Origin: the human T2T-CHM13v2.0 reference genome, Homo sapiens
Length of the DNA stretch: 64,000 nucleotides
Reading direction: 5' to 3' (one strand)
Assembly (NCBI RefSeq): GCF_009914755.1
Contig: NC_060936.1
This document shows, in pieces, positions 52,462-64,000 of the stretch (position 1 is its first letter; each line of letters begins with the position of its first letter). The notes under the pieces are model-generated. The model did no database searches. It was not told the DNA's origin and saw nothing but the letters and a program-made list of their open reading frames with translations. The position numbers and the translations under genes are program-made.

Positions 52462-53763
52462 GCCTAGGCTTCAAGTAGAACAAAGAAAAAAAATCAACTG
52501 TGCCCTATCCTGAAAAAAAGAGACAGAAAGAAAGACCTCACCAAAACAAACAAACAAAAAAAGCCCTCACTTACTGAGAATTAATAATAACATCTCTGTC
52601 CTTAAATGTGTTGATGTTTCCAATTTTCAGTATCTACATGGTCCAGGAAATCCCAAGCCAAGATATGCAATTAAGGCAGATCTGGGTAGGTAATGCTGAT
52701 AGATGCTCAGGGGAAGCAACAACATAATTTCTGGTAAGCATTCTCTCAAATCAGATTTAGAGGAGCAATGCATGACTCAAACTAAATATTTTAAAATGGA
52801 AAAGAAAAACCCCAAAGAATTTCTCTGTTGGAATTGTCAAATATTTAAAATGTTGAAAGAGAAAACAAAATTGAAGATATGTCTAGGATCCTCAATGATC
52901 TTTAGGTGTTCTAAAAAGAAAAAGATGTGTAAGAAATAAAAAATAATAAGATGAACCAGTATATTTAGAAAATATTCAAACAAAATTTATAATAATTAAC
53001 ACTACAGTTATTGAAATTAGAAACAGTAGATGAGTCAAGGAGTAGATTGGACATGGCTGAAGAAATAATTAATAATCTAGACGGTAGATCTAAAGAACAT
53101 ACAAAATACAGCACAAAGAGAAAAAGGGATTGAAAATATAAAATAACGGTTATAAAAGACAATGGCTGGAGTGAGATGGGCTAAAATAATTTGATCATAG
53201 TTTCAGATAGAAAAGAATACAGGGGGGTATGGGGGGTAACATTCAAGGTGAAATACTGAGAATTTTTCAGAATTGAAGAAAGTCCTCAAGCTTCATATTC
53301 TGAATGCATAATGAATTCCTAACAGGAAAAATTTTTAAACTTAAAGTTATATGATAGTAAAATTGCGGAACACCACAGTAAAAGAGAGCTTAAAAAAGAC
53401 TGGAGAGAAAAGACATTTTACACAGAAAGGAATAATAAGCAGATTGACAATGTAAGCTAAGGCATATAAAATAATAACATTGAGGTGCTGAAAATATAAT
53501 AGTCAACATAAAATTGTATTCTAGCTAAATTTTACTTAAAACGCTGAAGGAAAATAAAGATATTTTCATGAAAACCAAAGCAAATTACCACCAGTAGACC
53601 TCCAAATTCTGAACTTCTGGCAGGAGGAAAATTATCTCAGATGGAAGGTCAAGAGAGGCTTATGAGTAAAGATACTCAGAAATATGTGAATACATTTAAA
53701 ATAGATTTTTCTGTGAGAAAAAGAAAAGGAATGTTTGATCTGAAGTATAAAAAAAAGAGCAAG

Positions 53764-54060
<297 letters not shown>

Positions 54061-54159
54061 GAGTGAGAACATGTAAAAATGCAAGAACATGTAAAAATGC
54101 AACAACAAGTTGATTGTTCTAGAGACAGGTATGTTCTGGAGAAGGGAAAAGATAATGGC

Positions 54160-54725
54160 TGAGATACGCAAAGGATTAGACTATCATGTCGGATACACCG
54201 AAATCAGAGACCTTACCCAGTGTCAAGCTTGACTAATCATTTCAAGGATTCAGCAATCAGGAGTCCTAGGCAGAGTAGTTTCAAGGTCTTGAACCACCAG
54301 TGCAGCTCCTTTATTGCAACTTCATGACGTGCTCTGGCTCAAATAATTCATGAGTCCTCCAAGTAAGACTAATGTAGGCAAGAATGTTACTTTTGGAAGG
54401 GATCCATTCTGTCATAAAAAACAGCTTTATGTGGATAGCTACATAGCTTATTTAACATTTAAATGCCCTATAAGCATTTATCTGGAATAAATGCCCTATA
54501 TGCCCATAGATGCCAGGTTTGTTTACCATAAGCAGGCACAGCCTGCTAAAATCATTCATTCTACAGATAAGGACTACTGTATTCTGCTAGCAAACCATTA
54601 GTGTGTCAGTATAATATTCATTAAGAGATTTTTTCAAGTTGCCTTATTGTTTCTTGGGGATGATCCCTTACTCCTCAAAAGGGGAATAATTGGATCCTGA
54701 TGTGCCCTTAATAATTTTCTTCCTG
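54160..54725 (-). mobile_element. Unclassified ~0.56 kb insertion in the L1ME, LTR-like
   Basis: Compositionally distinct from the A-rich L1; minus strand has AATAAA ~150 nt before a terminal CA; no TSD found. Confidence 0.35.
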
Positions 54726-55499
54726 ATTATTAACTTTAGACATTATGTTAAATATGTATGATAAAATCATAATGTTAACTCTAAAAACATATATATTAAT
54801 AAAACATGCAACTTCCAACCAATGGTGTGAAAATACTTGGAATCAAACCCTCGTTTAATCCAATGGCAAAACAAACAAGGCAAATAGAGCATAAAACAAG
54901 ATATTAGAAATGATTTCAAATATGTTAACAACCATATTCTAACCAAAAGTTGACATAGATATATTAATATCAGACAAAATAGAAATGAAGGCAAAATATA
55001 TTATTAGAGACTCTAAAAATCAACCTTATTGATAAAAGTTTTGTCTTTACCAGTTTCAGTTCACCAGTAATATAGAACCATTTTAAACAAATATGCATGA
55101 ATAACATAACCTTAAGACACACAAAGCAAAAATGGATGACTAAAAAGTATATATTGTCAATTTCATTATCATAATGGGAGATTTTAATACACTTCTTTCA
55201 TAAAAATTAGTAAGAATGTGAAAGATTTGGGTACTATAATTTTCCTGCTGGATCCAATGGACATTTCTAGAACTTGTGCCCTCAGATTATACTACACATA
55301 AAATGCACAGTACCTTCTTGAGAACACACAAAATATTTACAAAAACCAGCCATATTCTAGGCATAAAACAAATATAAACATATTTCAAAAAAGTAATATC
55401 ATATTGCACATACCCTCTGACTACAGTGGGACCAAATTAGAGACCAATAACAGAAAGATAACTACGTATGCCCACATATCTGCAATTAAAAATATCCTC

Positions 55500-56350
55500 A
55501 AAGCAAAAATAACCCTTGTCAGACTCCCTTGCAGCTAGTACTCTGGATGGGATTTAGTTTGCAATGATCATGAGCACTCTTCAGAGTCTGAAATTTGGAA
55601 CTGAACTGGAGAAAGAGGTAGAGCAAGAGGCAGCTGTTTTGTTGGTGTGAATTGTAGCAGAAATAACATGGTTCAGGAGCTAGAATCTATAGCTAGGATT
55701 TGCTAACATGATTGGTGAAGTTCTGATTGCCCCAGGAACAGAAGATTCACTGGAGTACAGTTTTGCTTGGAGGGCTTTGGAAATTTTCCCAGAGGCACGA
55801 TAAAGAATCTGTTTGTTTGTTTGTTTGTTTGTTTGTTTATTTTTTTACTTTCTGTTTTAGTCCATTCTCACACTGCTGTAAATAAATACCTGAAACTGGG
55901 TAAATGGGTAATTTATAAAGAAAACGGGTTTAACTGGCTCACAGTTCCACAGGCTATACAGGAAGCACAACTAGGGAGGTCTCAGGAAACTTATAACCTT
56001 GGCAGAAGGTGAGGGGGAAGCAGGCATGTCTTATATGGCTGGAGCAGGAGGAAGAGAGCAAAGAGGTAGTTGCTACACATTTTTAAACAACCGGATCTCG
56101 TGAGAACTTAGTGTCATGAGAAGTGTCATGAGAACAGCAAGGGGGAAACCATCCGCATGATTCAATCACCTCCCACCAGGCCTGTCCTCCAACACTGGGG
56201 ATTACAATGTGACATGAGATTTGATCAGGGACATAAATCCAAACCATATCACTTTCCAGTGATGTTGTAAGATATTTTGCATCTTATAAATTTTTTAATT
56301 CTCTTGCGCTTAGATGAGTAAAAGCAGATTGCACCTAAACCCTGATCACT
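55500..56350 (+). mobile_element. Old ERVL LTR (LTR16/41/50-like) split by an MST LTR
   Basis: CAGACTCCCTTGCAGCTAG motif; ends ...CTAAACCCTGATCACTA. Confidence 0.5.
55853..56251 (-). mobile_element. MSTA/THE1D-type MaLR solo LTR
   Basis: TGTTTTAGTCCATTCTCACACTGCT...ATCCAAACCATATCA; perfect TSD CTTTC (55848-55852 and 56252-56256). Confidence 0.95.
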
Positions 56351-56364
56351 ATGCCCACTATATT

Positions 56365-56705
56365 CATTTATTCATCTCTCACTTTTCAATCCACTCTAAC
56401 CTGAACCTGCTCATTACTACATCAAAATCGTTCTTGCTACAGTTAACAATATTCTATGCAGAACTCAATCCCATAGTTGTTTTCAAACATTATTGTATTC
56501 CCTCAGCTGTCATTTACTCTGTTGACCACCTTCCCCCTCTTAAAACCCTATCTGCTCTTGGATTCTGTGAACGCACATTCTATGGACATTGTTCTTGCCT
56601 TGTACCTCTTTGACAGCTTCTTAGTCTTTTGCAGGTTCATCATCTTCTACTTGGCCATCGAATGCTCGTTGTCTCAAGGCTTAGTCCCAGGCTCTCTTGT
56701 AGGCT
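56365..56705 (+). mobile_element. L2 ORF2 (RT) fragment
   Basis: ORF 56314-56613 SAVIYSVDHLPPLKTLSALGF versus L2 RT SAAFDTVDHSLLLETLSSLGF. Confidence 0.8.
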
Positions 56706-56719
56706 CGATTTAGAAGTGT

Positions 56720-56850
56720 AACGTTCGGTGTAATAGCCACCAGCTGTGGATATTTATGTTTAATTAAAATTACATAGGATTTAAAATTCAGTTCCTCTGC
56801 TTGAGCTAGTCACTTTATTCAAGAACTCACCCGTTACACATGGCTCAGTA
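56720..56850. mobile_element. MER33/MER3 fragment
   Basis: TAGCCACCAGCTGTGG...AAAATTCAGTTCCTC...CACATGGCT. Confidence 0.7.
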
Positions 56851-57339
56851 ATAATTAATAAAAATATGAAAGATTTGACCATATTGGGATGTGAACTATG
56901 TTTTAATCCATTTTGGATTCATTACTTTACCGAATTTGAGGATTATTGTCTTTCAAAATATCCATAAAATCCTCAGACATTATGTATTCAAATATTATCT
57001 TTTACCGTTCTCACTATTGTTTCCTTCTGGAACTCCAATAATTAATTTACCTACCCACATATCTCTAGGCAAACAATTTATGGACAAAAGACAAAATTTA
57101 AATGGACATTAGAATATTATTAGAACCAAATGATAAAGATAAAACACAAAATGCATGTCATGGAACAAAGCTACATGTTTTGAGGGAGATCTGTAGTCCC
57201 AAGTACTTACATTAGTCAAAAGGAAAATCTAAAAATTTTTGTACTAAGCATTCAATTCAAGAAAGTACTAAAAGCAACATCAAAATAAATTCAAAGAAGG
57301 TAGAAAAAAAGAAATTACAAAGTAAAAGCAAAAATCCCC

Positions 57340-57790
57340 TTCTTGTTTAATTTTCTCTTTTGCTTGCTCCATTCCAACCACATAAGGGGCTTCGATGACC
57401 TTTGAACATGCCAAGCACTGCTCTTACCTTGCCAGATGCTGATGTATCTGCTTCTAATGCTTTCCCTCCTCAAACCCACATGGCTTGTTCCCTGCTCTTA
57501 TTCAGGCCTTTGCCCAAATGGGACCTCGCTGAGGCCTTTCCTGATCCTCTGATACAAAATTACATCCCTATTCCCACACTTCGTAACTACTCTACCTTGA
57601 CAGAATTTTTCCATTGGATAGATCACATTTAACATAGAATATACTCTTACACAATTATTTGTATGTCTCTTTACATTAGAATGTAAGTTTCATCAGCTAA
57701 GGGAGTTTTAAACTTTTTGCCTGAAGCACCTAGAAGAATGCTCAGCTATTAATCGAAAATTGATGACTATTTGTTAGATAACTAACATTG
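57340..57790 (+). mobile_element. L2a-type 3' end inserted in the L1ME
   Basis: TTGAACATGCCAAGCAC...GAGGCCTTTCCTGA...TAGAATGTAAGTTTCAT...GCACCTAGAAGAATGC. Confidence 0.8.
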
Positions 57791-58024
57791 ATGAATATAA
57801 AAACAAAGAACAATAATAGAAAATAAGGTTAAAAATGCTTATTTGAAAAATGTATAAAATAATTGGCAAATTTATTTTTCTAAGTAAGATTTAAAAAGTA
57901 ATTTGGATATTAAGTGCCATTTTATCTCAATATATTTGATAAACTAGATGAAATAAATACACTTATTACAGAATGCTATTTAGAAAAAGAAAATGACTTA
58001 AGAAGAAATAGAAAATCCAAGAGA

Positions 58025-58631
58025 CAAGTGTCAATTTGTCCAAGACTGAATTCCTACAGGCTGGCTTTCCTGGAAAACGAGTTGGGCTCATGAAGAATTC
58101 TGTGAAAACTGGCCAGAGCCTAGTGCTTAATACGATCAGTCCTGGAGGAAGGCTCACAGAGTAGATCAAGCCACTAGCCAATCATGTCACGTAGCTGAAT
58201 TACAAGTTTTGGGACTTCAGCAGGAAAAGGACTGGTGCTCCCTAATTCTTCAAAGCTAAGGTGGACAAAAAACAGTGGGTACAGGGTTCTACTTGATTAT
58301 AGAATTGCAGGACTCGCATTACAGTTCTTGATCACATCAGAGTGCTCTTCCAGGCCGCGACTGTTTAAGGGCCTGCCATATGCCATCCCTGATTTCACCA
58401 GAGAAGAACCTAATCATCCAGGTTAAAAAACCTGCAGCTCAATGGCCAGAATTTCTCCTATAGGAATCTGATGCTCAGCATTGCAAGATCCTGTGTGCTG
58501 CTCTAGAATCCATTAGGCAATGGTGGAACTTCAGGCCACGTACTGCTCCTGCCTCTGTTGTCTCTCAAAAAAAGCTTTTCCAGAATAACATTTGTGTGTC
58601 CTCTCTAGACGTTCCCTTCCACTGGGTGAGT
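58025..58631 (+). pseudogene. Probable decayed retrocopy of a REXO1/GOR-like DEDDh RNA exonuclease domain
   Basis: TSD-like AAATCCAAGAGA (58013-58024) / AAACCCCAGAGA (58632-58643); collinear motifs across frameshifts: KLAR, IKP.AN.V..LNYKF, VLLDYRI, TVLD..VLF, GLPY, IIQ, SS..AR; alignment by eye. Confidence 0.55.
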
Positions 58632-59065
58632 AAACCCCAGAGATTTTCAATAAAAGAAATCCCATTAGGTTTTGCAAAACAAACAAAAAACCAACACCAA
58701 CACCAATAACAAAAAAACAAACCTAGAAAACTTTATAGTTGAATTCTACAAAATATTCTGGGAAGAAATAATTTTCTCAATCTTACATAAATTCTTCCAG
58801 AGAAGAGAAAAAGAAGAAAGACTCTCCAACTAACTTTTTTAACAGATTAGCATATTTTGATATCAAAACTGTATAGGAACGATACAGTCCAGAATGGCCA
58901 ATATTACTGGTGCACGTAGACATTTAAGTGGTAAAGAAATATGGAGGGAGATAAAGAGGAGGCAAGAGGAAGAAAAGGGTAAAGGCAGTAATATCTTAAT
59001 ATGTTAATACTAGGAACACTACCAGAGAAATAATATCTATATCTTCTAGATCAAGTGATAGAGAC

Positions 59066-59280
59066 TTTTTTTAAGAGACAGAATCTTGCTCTGTTGCCCA
59101 GGCTGGAGGGCAGTGGCGTGATCGTAGCTCACTGCAGCCTCAAACTCCTGGGCTCAAGAGATCCTCCCACCTCAGCCTCCTGGTAACTGGGACTACAGGT
59201 GTGCACAACCACACCTGGATAATTTTTTAAAGTTCTTTTGTTTTGCAGAGATGGGGTCTCACTATGTTGCCCAGGCTTGT
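59066..59280 (-). mobile_element. AluJ, 5'-truncated
   Basis: Right arm plus partial left arm with J diagnostics. Confidence 0.9.
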
Positions 59281-59739
59281 GGGCTTAAGTATATTATTTA
59301 CAGTTACAAAAGGAATGATAAAAGCATTTAAACATTAATTTAAAAATTGGCTGGTGAATAGGCTAAAGAATGGTGAAAAATTTGAATTACATACCCATCT
59401 GTACTATAAGGAATTTGAAATATATATTTTATTGCTAATGGATTAAGAAATAAAGGATTGATCAAGTTATTTAGAGATATTGCAGTAACCGTTAGAAGAA
59501 TTATATATTAAATGTTAAAACATGGTTTCCTCTGGAGAGAGGGTCTAGGAGAATGTGAAGTTGAATTAGGAGAATATTGCTTTCTTTATAAATCTTTCTG
59601 AACAATTTAATTTCTAACCAATACATTGCTGTGATGAAAAAATAAAATGTGCTTACTCCAAGCCCCTGTTTAAATTTAGTTAATAGCTTCACACTACTTG
59701 AGTAGTGATAGATACTTAGAGCATGTAAGACCCTTTGGA

Positions 59740-60610
59740 ATGGGGCCTCAGTTCCACCCTCCCTCATCTCTCTCCCCTCTCTGCACTAGATACAGTGATC
59801 TTCAATTCCTCAGTGTCATACCCTCTTGTGCCCCAAAGTCTTCATATCTTGATGTTCTCTCTGTCCAAGATGCTTTTCCTCTTCCCCATTGCGTTAGCCC
59901 ACGGAACTAAGGTAGTTTTCAAATGTCAGATCAAAATCCCCTATTTTGAGAAGTCTTTCTTGTTTACTTTCCTCCATAGTCTGCCAGGTTTCTTTTTCAT
60001 ATAGTCCCCTAGAATTATATTCTATAGCACATTTTTATTTTGAAATTACAAGTGATTAATGTAATTAATACATATTATTTTAATGTACATATTATTAATA
60101 TGTAATTTCAAAATAAAATAAAATTACATGATTAATATTGGTCTCCTTGATCAGATACTACTGGCCATAATGTCATGAGTGTGCATTTTTTTAATCACTA
60201 TTTCTCCACCGCTTAAATGGACACAAAACAGGTGGACCAGGCATAGTGGTACACACCTGCAGTCTGAGCTGCTCCAAGAGGCTGAGGCAGCAGAGTTGTT
60301 TGAGGCCAGGAGTTTGAGATCAGCCTGGGCAACATAGTGAGACCCCATCTGTACAAAACTTTTTAAAAATATTATCTGTGAGTGGTGGCATGCCTGTAGT
60401 CACAGCTACTCAGAAGGCTGATGTGGGAGGATCCTGTGAACCCAGGAGTCTGAGGCTGCAGTGAGCTATTATCGTGTCACTGCACTCCAGCCTGGGTGAC
60501 AGAGCAAGATCACCATCTCAAAATAAATAAATAAATAAATAAAAAATAAATAGGTAAATACTTATTGAACAAATAAATGAGTCATTTATTGAATAATGAA
60601 TGATGAGGAA
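59740..60610 (+). mobile_element. L2 3' region, split by an AluJ
   Basis: TTCAAATGTCAG...TTTGAGAAGTCTTTCT...TAAATACTTATTGAACAAATAAATGA. Confidence 0.7.
60234..60547 (+). mobile_element. AluJ
   Basis: Diverged full dimer with (TAAA)n tail; TSD AAACAGGT / AAATAGGT. Confidence 0.92.
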
Positions 60611-61195
60611 ACAATTTTGGGCCATTATAAATAAATGACAGTTTCCAATTCATTTTTTCCTTTCATCTTAAGATGGTACTAGGGTTTATGATTTCTGTTT
60701 TAAGATCTCTAGTTCATGTTTGCTTTTGCTGAAGTTCAGCAAGTTGGACTTGGTTTTTGAGCGATTCTTAGTGGTATATAGTGTTAATATTGCCTTCATA
60801 CTCTCAGAGGGAGCCCTCATGATTGATAGTATGCAGAGCTCATAATGGGATATCTGGGTTGCCTGTGTTCCCTTGTTTACAATCCAGGGCAACAGCTGGT
60901 CAGCCTTGCAAAGTATTCATCACTGTTTTGGATTTCTACAATGGCAAGTTCTTCAGGGGCAGAAATTTTTTCTCCTTATTTCCATTATTCATTACAAGGA
61001 TTTATTTGAGTTGCTTTGCATCATTTAATGCTTACAACAATGTTGTTATAGATGAGGAGTCTAACATTTAGAGATTAAATGTCTTGTTGAACATCATATA
61101 GTTAGTAGAGGTAGAGCAGGCAGAGACACTTTTTCAAACTCTTTAAAAGTGCTGTTTATGTCTCTTCCTTCCTCTCTTGATAAAGAATCACCAAC

Positions 61196-61937
61196 TATGG
61201 TAGAATTGAATTGTTGTGCCCAGTTATTTTCTACCGCCATGAAAGAGACTTCTACATTCTCACCTGTCATCATGCAATTCCATTGTCTCCCTGAGGGAAG
61301 AACATACTTTCCAACTTGGCTATGTGAGTTACTTTGGTCAAAAAAATGTGAATGGGAGTGACATATACTATGTCTACACAAAAACTTTAGGCTGGGTGTG
61401 GTGGCTCATGTCTATAATCCCAGCACTTTGGAGGCCTAGGTGGGAAAATCTCTTGAGCTTAAGAGTTCAAGACCAGCCTGGGCAAAGTAGTGAGACCCTA
61501 TCTTTACAAAAGAAAAAAAAAAGTAGCTGGGCATGATAGCATGTGCCTATAGTCCTAGCTACTCAGGAGGCTGAAATGAGAGGATCACTTGAGTCCAGGA
61601 GGTTGAGGCTGCAGTGAACTAGGATGATGCCCCTGCACTCCAGCCTGGGCAACAGACAGAGACCCTGTCTCAAAAAATAAAACCAAACAAAACGTAAGAT
61701 CCATTGGTTGTGGCCATTGCTCTTTTCCTTCTACCATGAGAACAGCATGTTCCATATATGGGCTGCTCTTTCAACCTAGATCCCAGAATGAGGAAGAAAT
61801 GCAATAGAGCTAAGACAAAGCTGTTCTATAGCCAACATGTAATATGAACAAGAAATAAACATTTGTATTTCTAAGCTACTAATATTTGCAGGTTGTTTTT
61901 TTACAAAGCATAACTCAGCAAATGCTGACTGCTATAC
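61196..61937 (+). mobile_element. MLT1I/J-type solo LTR split by an AluJ
   Basis: CTTGGCTATGTGAGTTACTTTGG...AGAAATAAACATTTG...CTAAGCTACT...GCTGACTGCTATA. Confidence 0.8.
61390..61692 (+). mobile_element. AluJ
   Basis: Full dimer, GAGGTTGAGGCTGCAGTGA and GACCCTGTCTC. Confidence 0.92.
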
Positions 61938-61989
61938 TAACTAACTTAGCAATCACTATATACTTGGCAGAATACAAGTATTGTATTCT

Positions 61990-62990
61990 GTACTGTATGC
62001 CAAGTACTATACCCTTGGCAGAATAGTAAGCATTTTGCATATAATGATATCATTTGATCTTTATACAAACCTATGAAGCTGGTATAACTATCCTATCTTC
62101 CATATAAAGAAAGCAAAGCTTAGGAAGGTCATGTAAAGAATGGGGTAGATTCAGGATTGAAAATCAAGCTGTATGACACCTGAGCATGGTTAATTAACTC
62201 CTCCATCAAAATCCCTCCATCCATCCCGGGACACATGAGACCCAATACTTTAATAAACTAAACTTCAATTTTTTAAAGACCTTGAAACATGAAATCACAT
62301 GATTTATTAAGTACTTTCAAGATCTGAATTACTCAAATGGGTAGAATTAGCACAATAGGAGATGTGTCCATTTATTGCTTCTCAGCTCAAGAAACCAAGC
62401 CATGCAGAGAATCTTACTCTTTACTCATTGGGCAACATCCTTTGTAATATAAGATTTAATCAAATTCTCTCGATATAACTATTTATATGTTTTGCTTTTA
62501 GCTTCTATGTTTATGGTTCAAGCTCAGCTAGGGGTATAATTATTTTGAAAGGCAGCAGAAAGAAAAATCATCTAACATTAAGTAGATCTGTTGTATGGTC
62601 ATCCTTTCAAAACCAACTAGATATTTAATATTTGACATATCACCCTGATCCCAATTACCTTATGTGTAAAATGGAGCTGAAAATACTTCACAGCTTATTG
62701 ACTGGGAGCTGGAAATAAATGATCTCTGCAGGAATTATATAACTCTAAGCGTGATGATTAATTGTTCTATGTTAGGCCACAGCCTAATGGCCGAGACATA
62801 GAAAAAGAATGGTATAGTGGAACAAGAGTTGCTTTGGAAGACAAGACCTGTATTCTGCTTCTGCTTCTGCTGCCAGTTCCTTTTATGATTCTCAGCAAAT
62901 CATTCATGTTATCTGGACCTTGTTTCACCATTTCGTTGTCCATTTTCCTCTCTTAAATAATGAGAGGATAGGAGAATATGTTCTCTTTTG
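61990..62990. mobile_element. MIR fragments (~61990-62200 -, ~62640-62760 +, ~62810-62990 +); another at ~60960-61130 -
   Basis: MIR core motifs, e.g. TGTAAAATGGAGCTGAAAATAC and GTATAGTGGAACAAGAGTTGCTTTGGA. Confidence 0.6.
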
Positions 62991-63639
62991 CCTGTTAGCT
63001 TGAAAAGGCACCGATTTTAAACTGATAAATGTAAGTACTTTACATTTAGTGTTTCAAATAGGATGAGCTTACTACAACATACAACATGTCATCAAGTTCA
63101 AGGTGATGTGAACATTTCTTATAGATAGAATTATGTTTAGCTATATTCTTTCTAATGAATGTTTCTCTTTTTTTTCTTGCACACTTGTATTCAGTACAGA
63201 TTCTTTCATGAAATAAGTGATCAGTAACTTTTTCTTTTTGGTAATACCTTTTTCCCGTTTCTAATATTTTGAAAGCCGGTGTTTTAGTAGTCATTTTCTG
63301 TAAGGCCACGTTAGTCTATGAAGCAAAGTTTGATTTTAAAATATCAAGGTAGCACCAAATGCACTTTGTCTACATTGATGGCTTTCTATATTGTTAGATT
63401 GGTTCAATTCTCTTATTATCATTATTTAAAGCACATAGTTATATGGACTACACTGGATAAAGGTATGTATGAAAAGTATAAATATGTATGCCAGTGTGAT
63501 TTTAAATGTCATCCTTCAATGTTCATATGAAAAAAATGGAATGATATGTAGGATGGTAGATTCAAATTAGATTTCTCACCTAACATTTTTAATATTTGGT
63601 TTCTTATTAAGCAAATAAAATAGGTGATAATGTATTAAA

Positions 63640-64000
63640 ATCTTGCACCTGAAAAATAGTCATTCTGTGAATGGCTGACAGCACTTTAGGGTAGCATTAA
63701 AGTCACCATGTTTTCCTGTATCTGGGGAGCACTGTCACAGTGCTTGATTACTTCACCTAACAGGCTCTCAGAAAGATGGACCCCAATGTGGCAGCTTGTA
63801 GCTATACATTAGCGCGGTTTGTGTTACAGCCAATTGCCGTCTGACCTCTCCTCCCAGCAGAGGCAGTGTAGCGCCATCTGTACATCTTTTAGTCACATTA
63901 AATCATGTCATCTAAAGGGCCTCTGAATGTGAACAAGTTTACCTTATGCTTAGGAGAGAAATTAGTCAAACTGCTGAACTGCAAGTCCATGTTCATTTGC
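63640..64000. promoter_or_regulatory. Putative regulatory element with a CTCF-like half motif
   Basis: GC- and CpG-richer unique sequence; minus-strand CAGATGGCGCTA (63880-63869); CCAAT box nearby. Confidence 0.4.

Noticed and set aside
58025-58631. Other parents for the insert (EIF4E2, MRPL13, RPF2, cystatin, EXOSC1)
   Set aside because: Each matched only a few short motifs with inconsistent spacing; REXO1-type motifs were collinear over the whole domain
58648-58720. AATAAA plus A-rich tract as the retrocopy's poly(A) signal and tail
   Set aside because: Lies outside the putative right TSD and resembles the resuming A-rich L1 ORF2 sequence

Overview
This is primate (most likely human) genomic DNA, not prokaryotic: AT-rich, CpG-poor and repeat-rich, i.e. 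intergenic or deep intronic. It contains no intact protein-coding gene, RNA gene or CRISPR array. Most ORFs in the track are Alu, L1, LTR or microsatellite read-throughs. Recognisable elements: a full-length Tigger1; nested MLT2A-in-MLT2B LTRs; a ~4 kb decayed ERVL internal region with protease, RT and RNase H motifs; MST/MLT1/LTR33-type solo LTRs; MER1A, MER20, MER58 and MER33 hAT elements; old L1M, L2 and MIR fragments; and 12 Alu-family copies, all after position 34.5 kb. I found no evidence of a novel multi-gene system. Best leads: (1) a ~0.6 kb TSD-flanked insert in an L1ME whose frameshifted translation follows a REXO1/GOR-type DEDDh exonuclease domain; (2) a GC-richer island at 8.8-9.2 kb with splice signals on both strands and weak PNMA (Gypsy-gag-derived)-like motifs; (3) a well-formed 21-nt microexon candidate; (4) three repeat-free, enhancer-like blocks. 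All family assignments were made by eye from remembered consensus sequences, and boundaries without a TSD are approximate.
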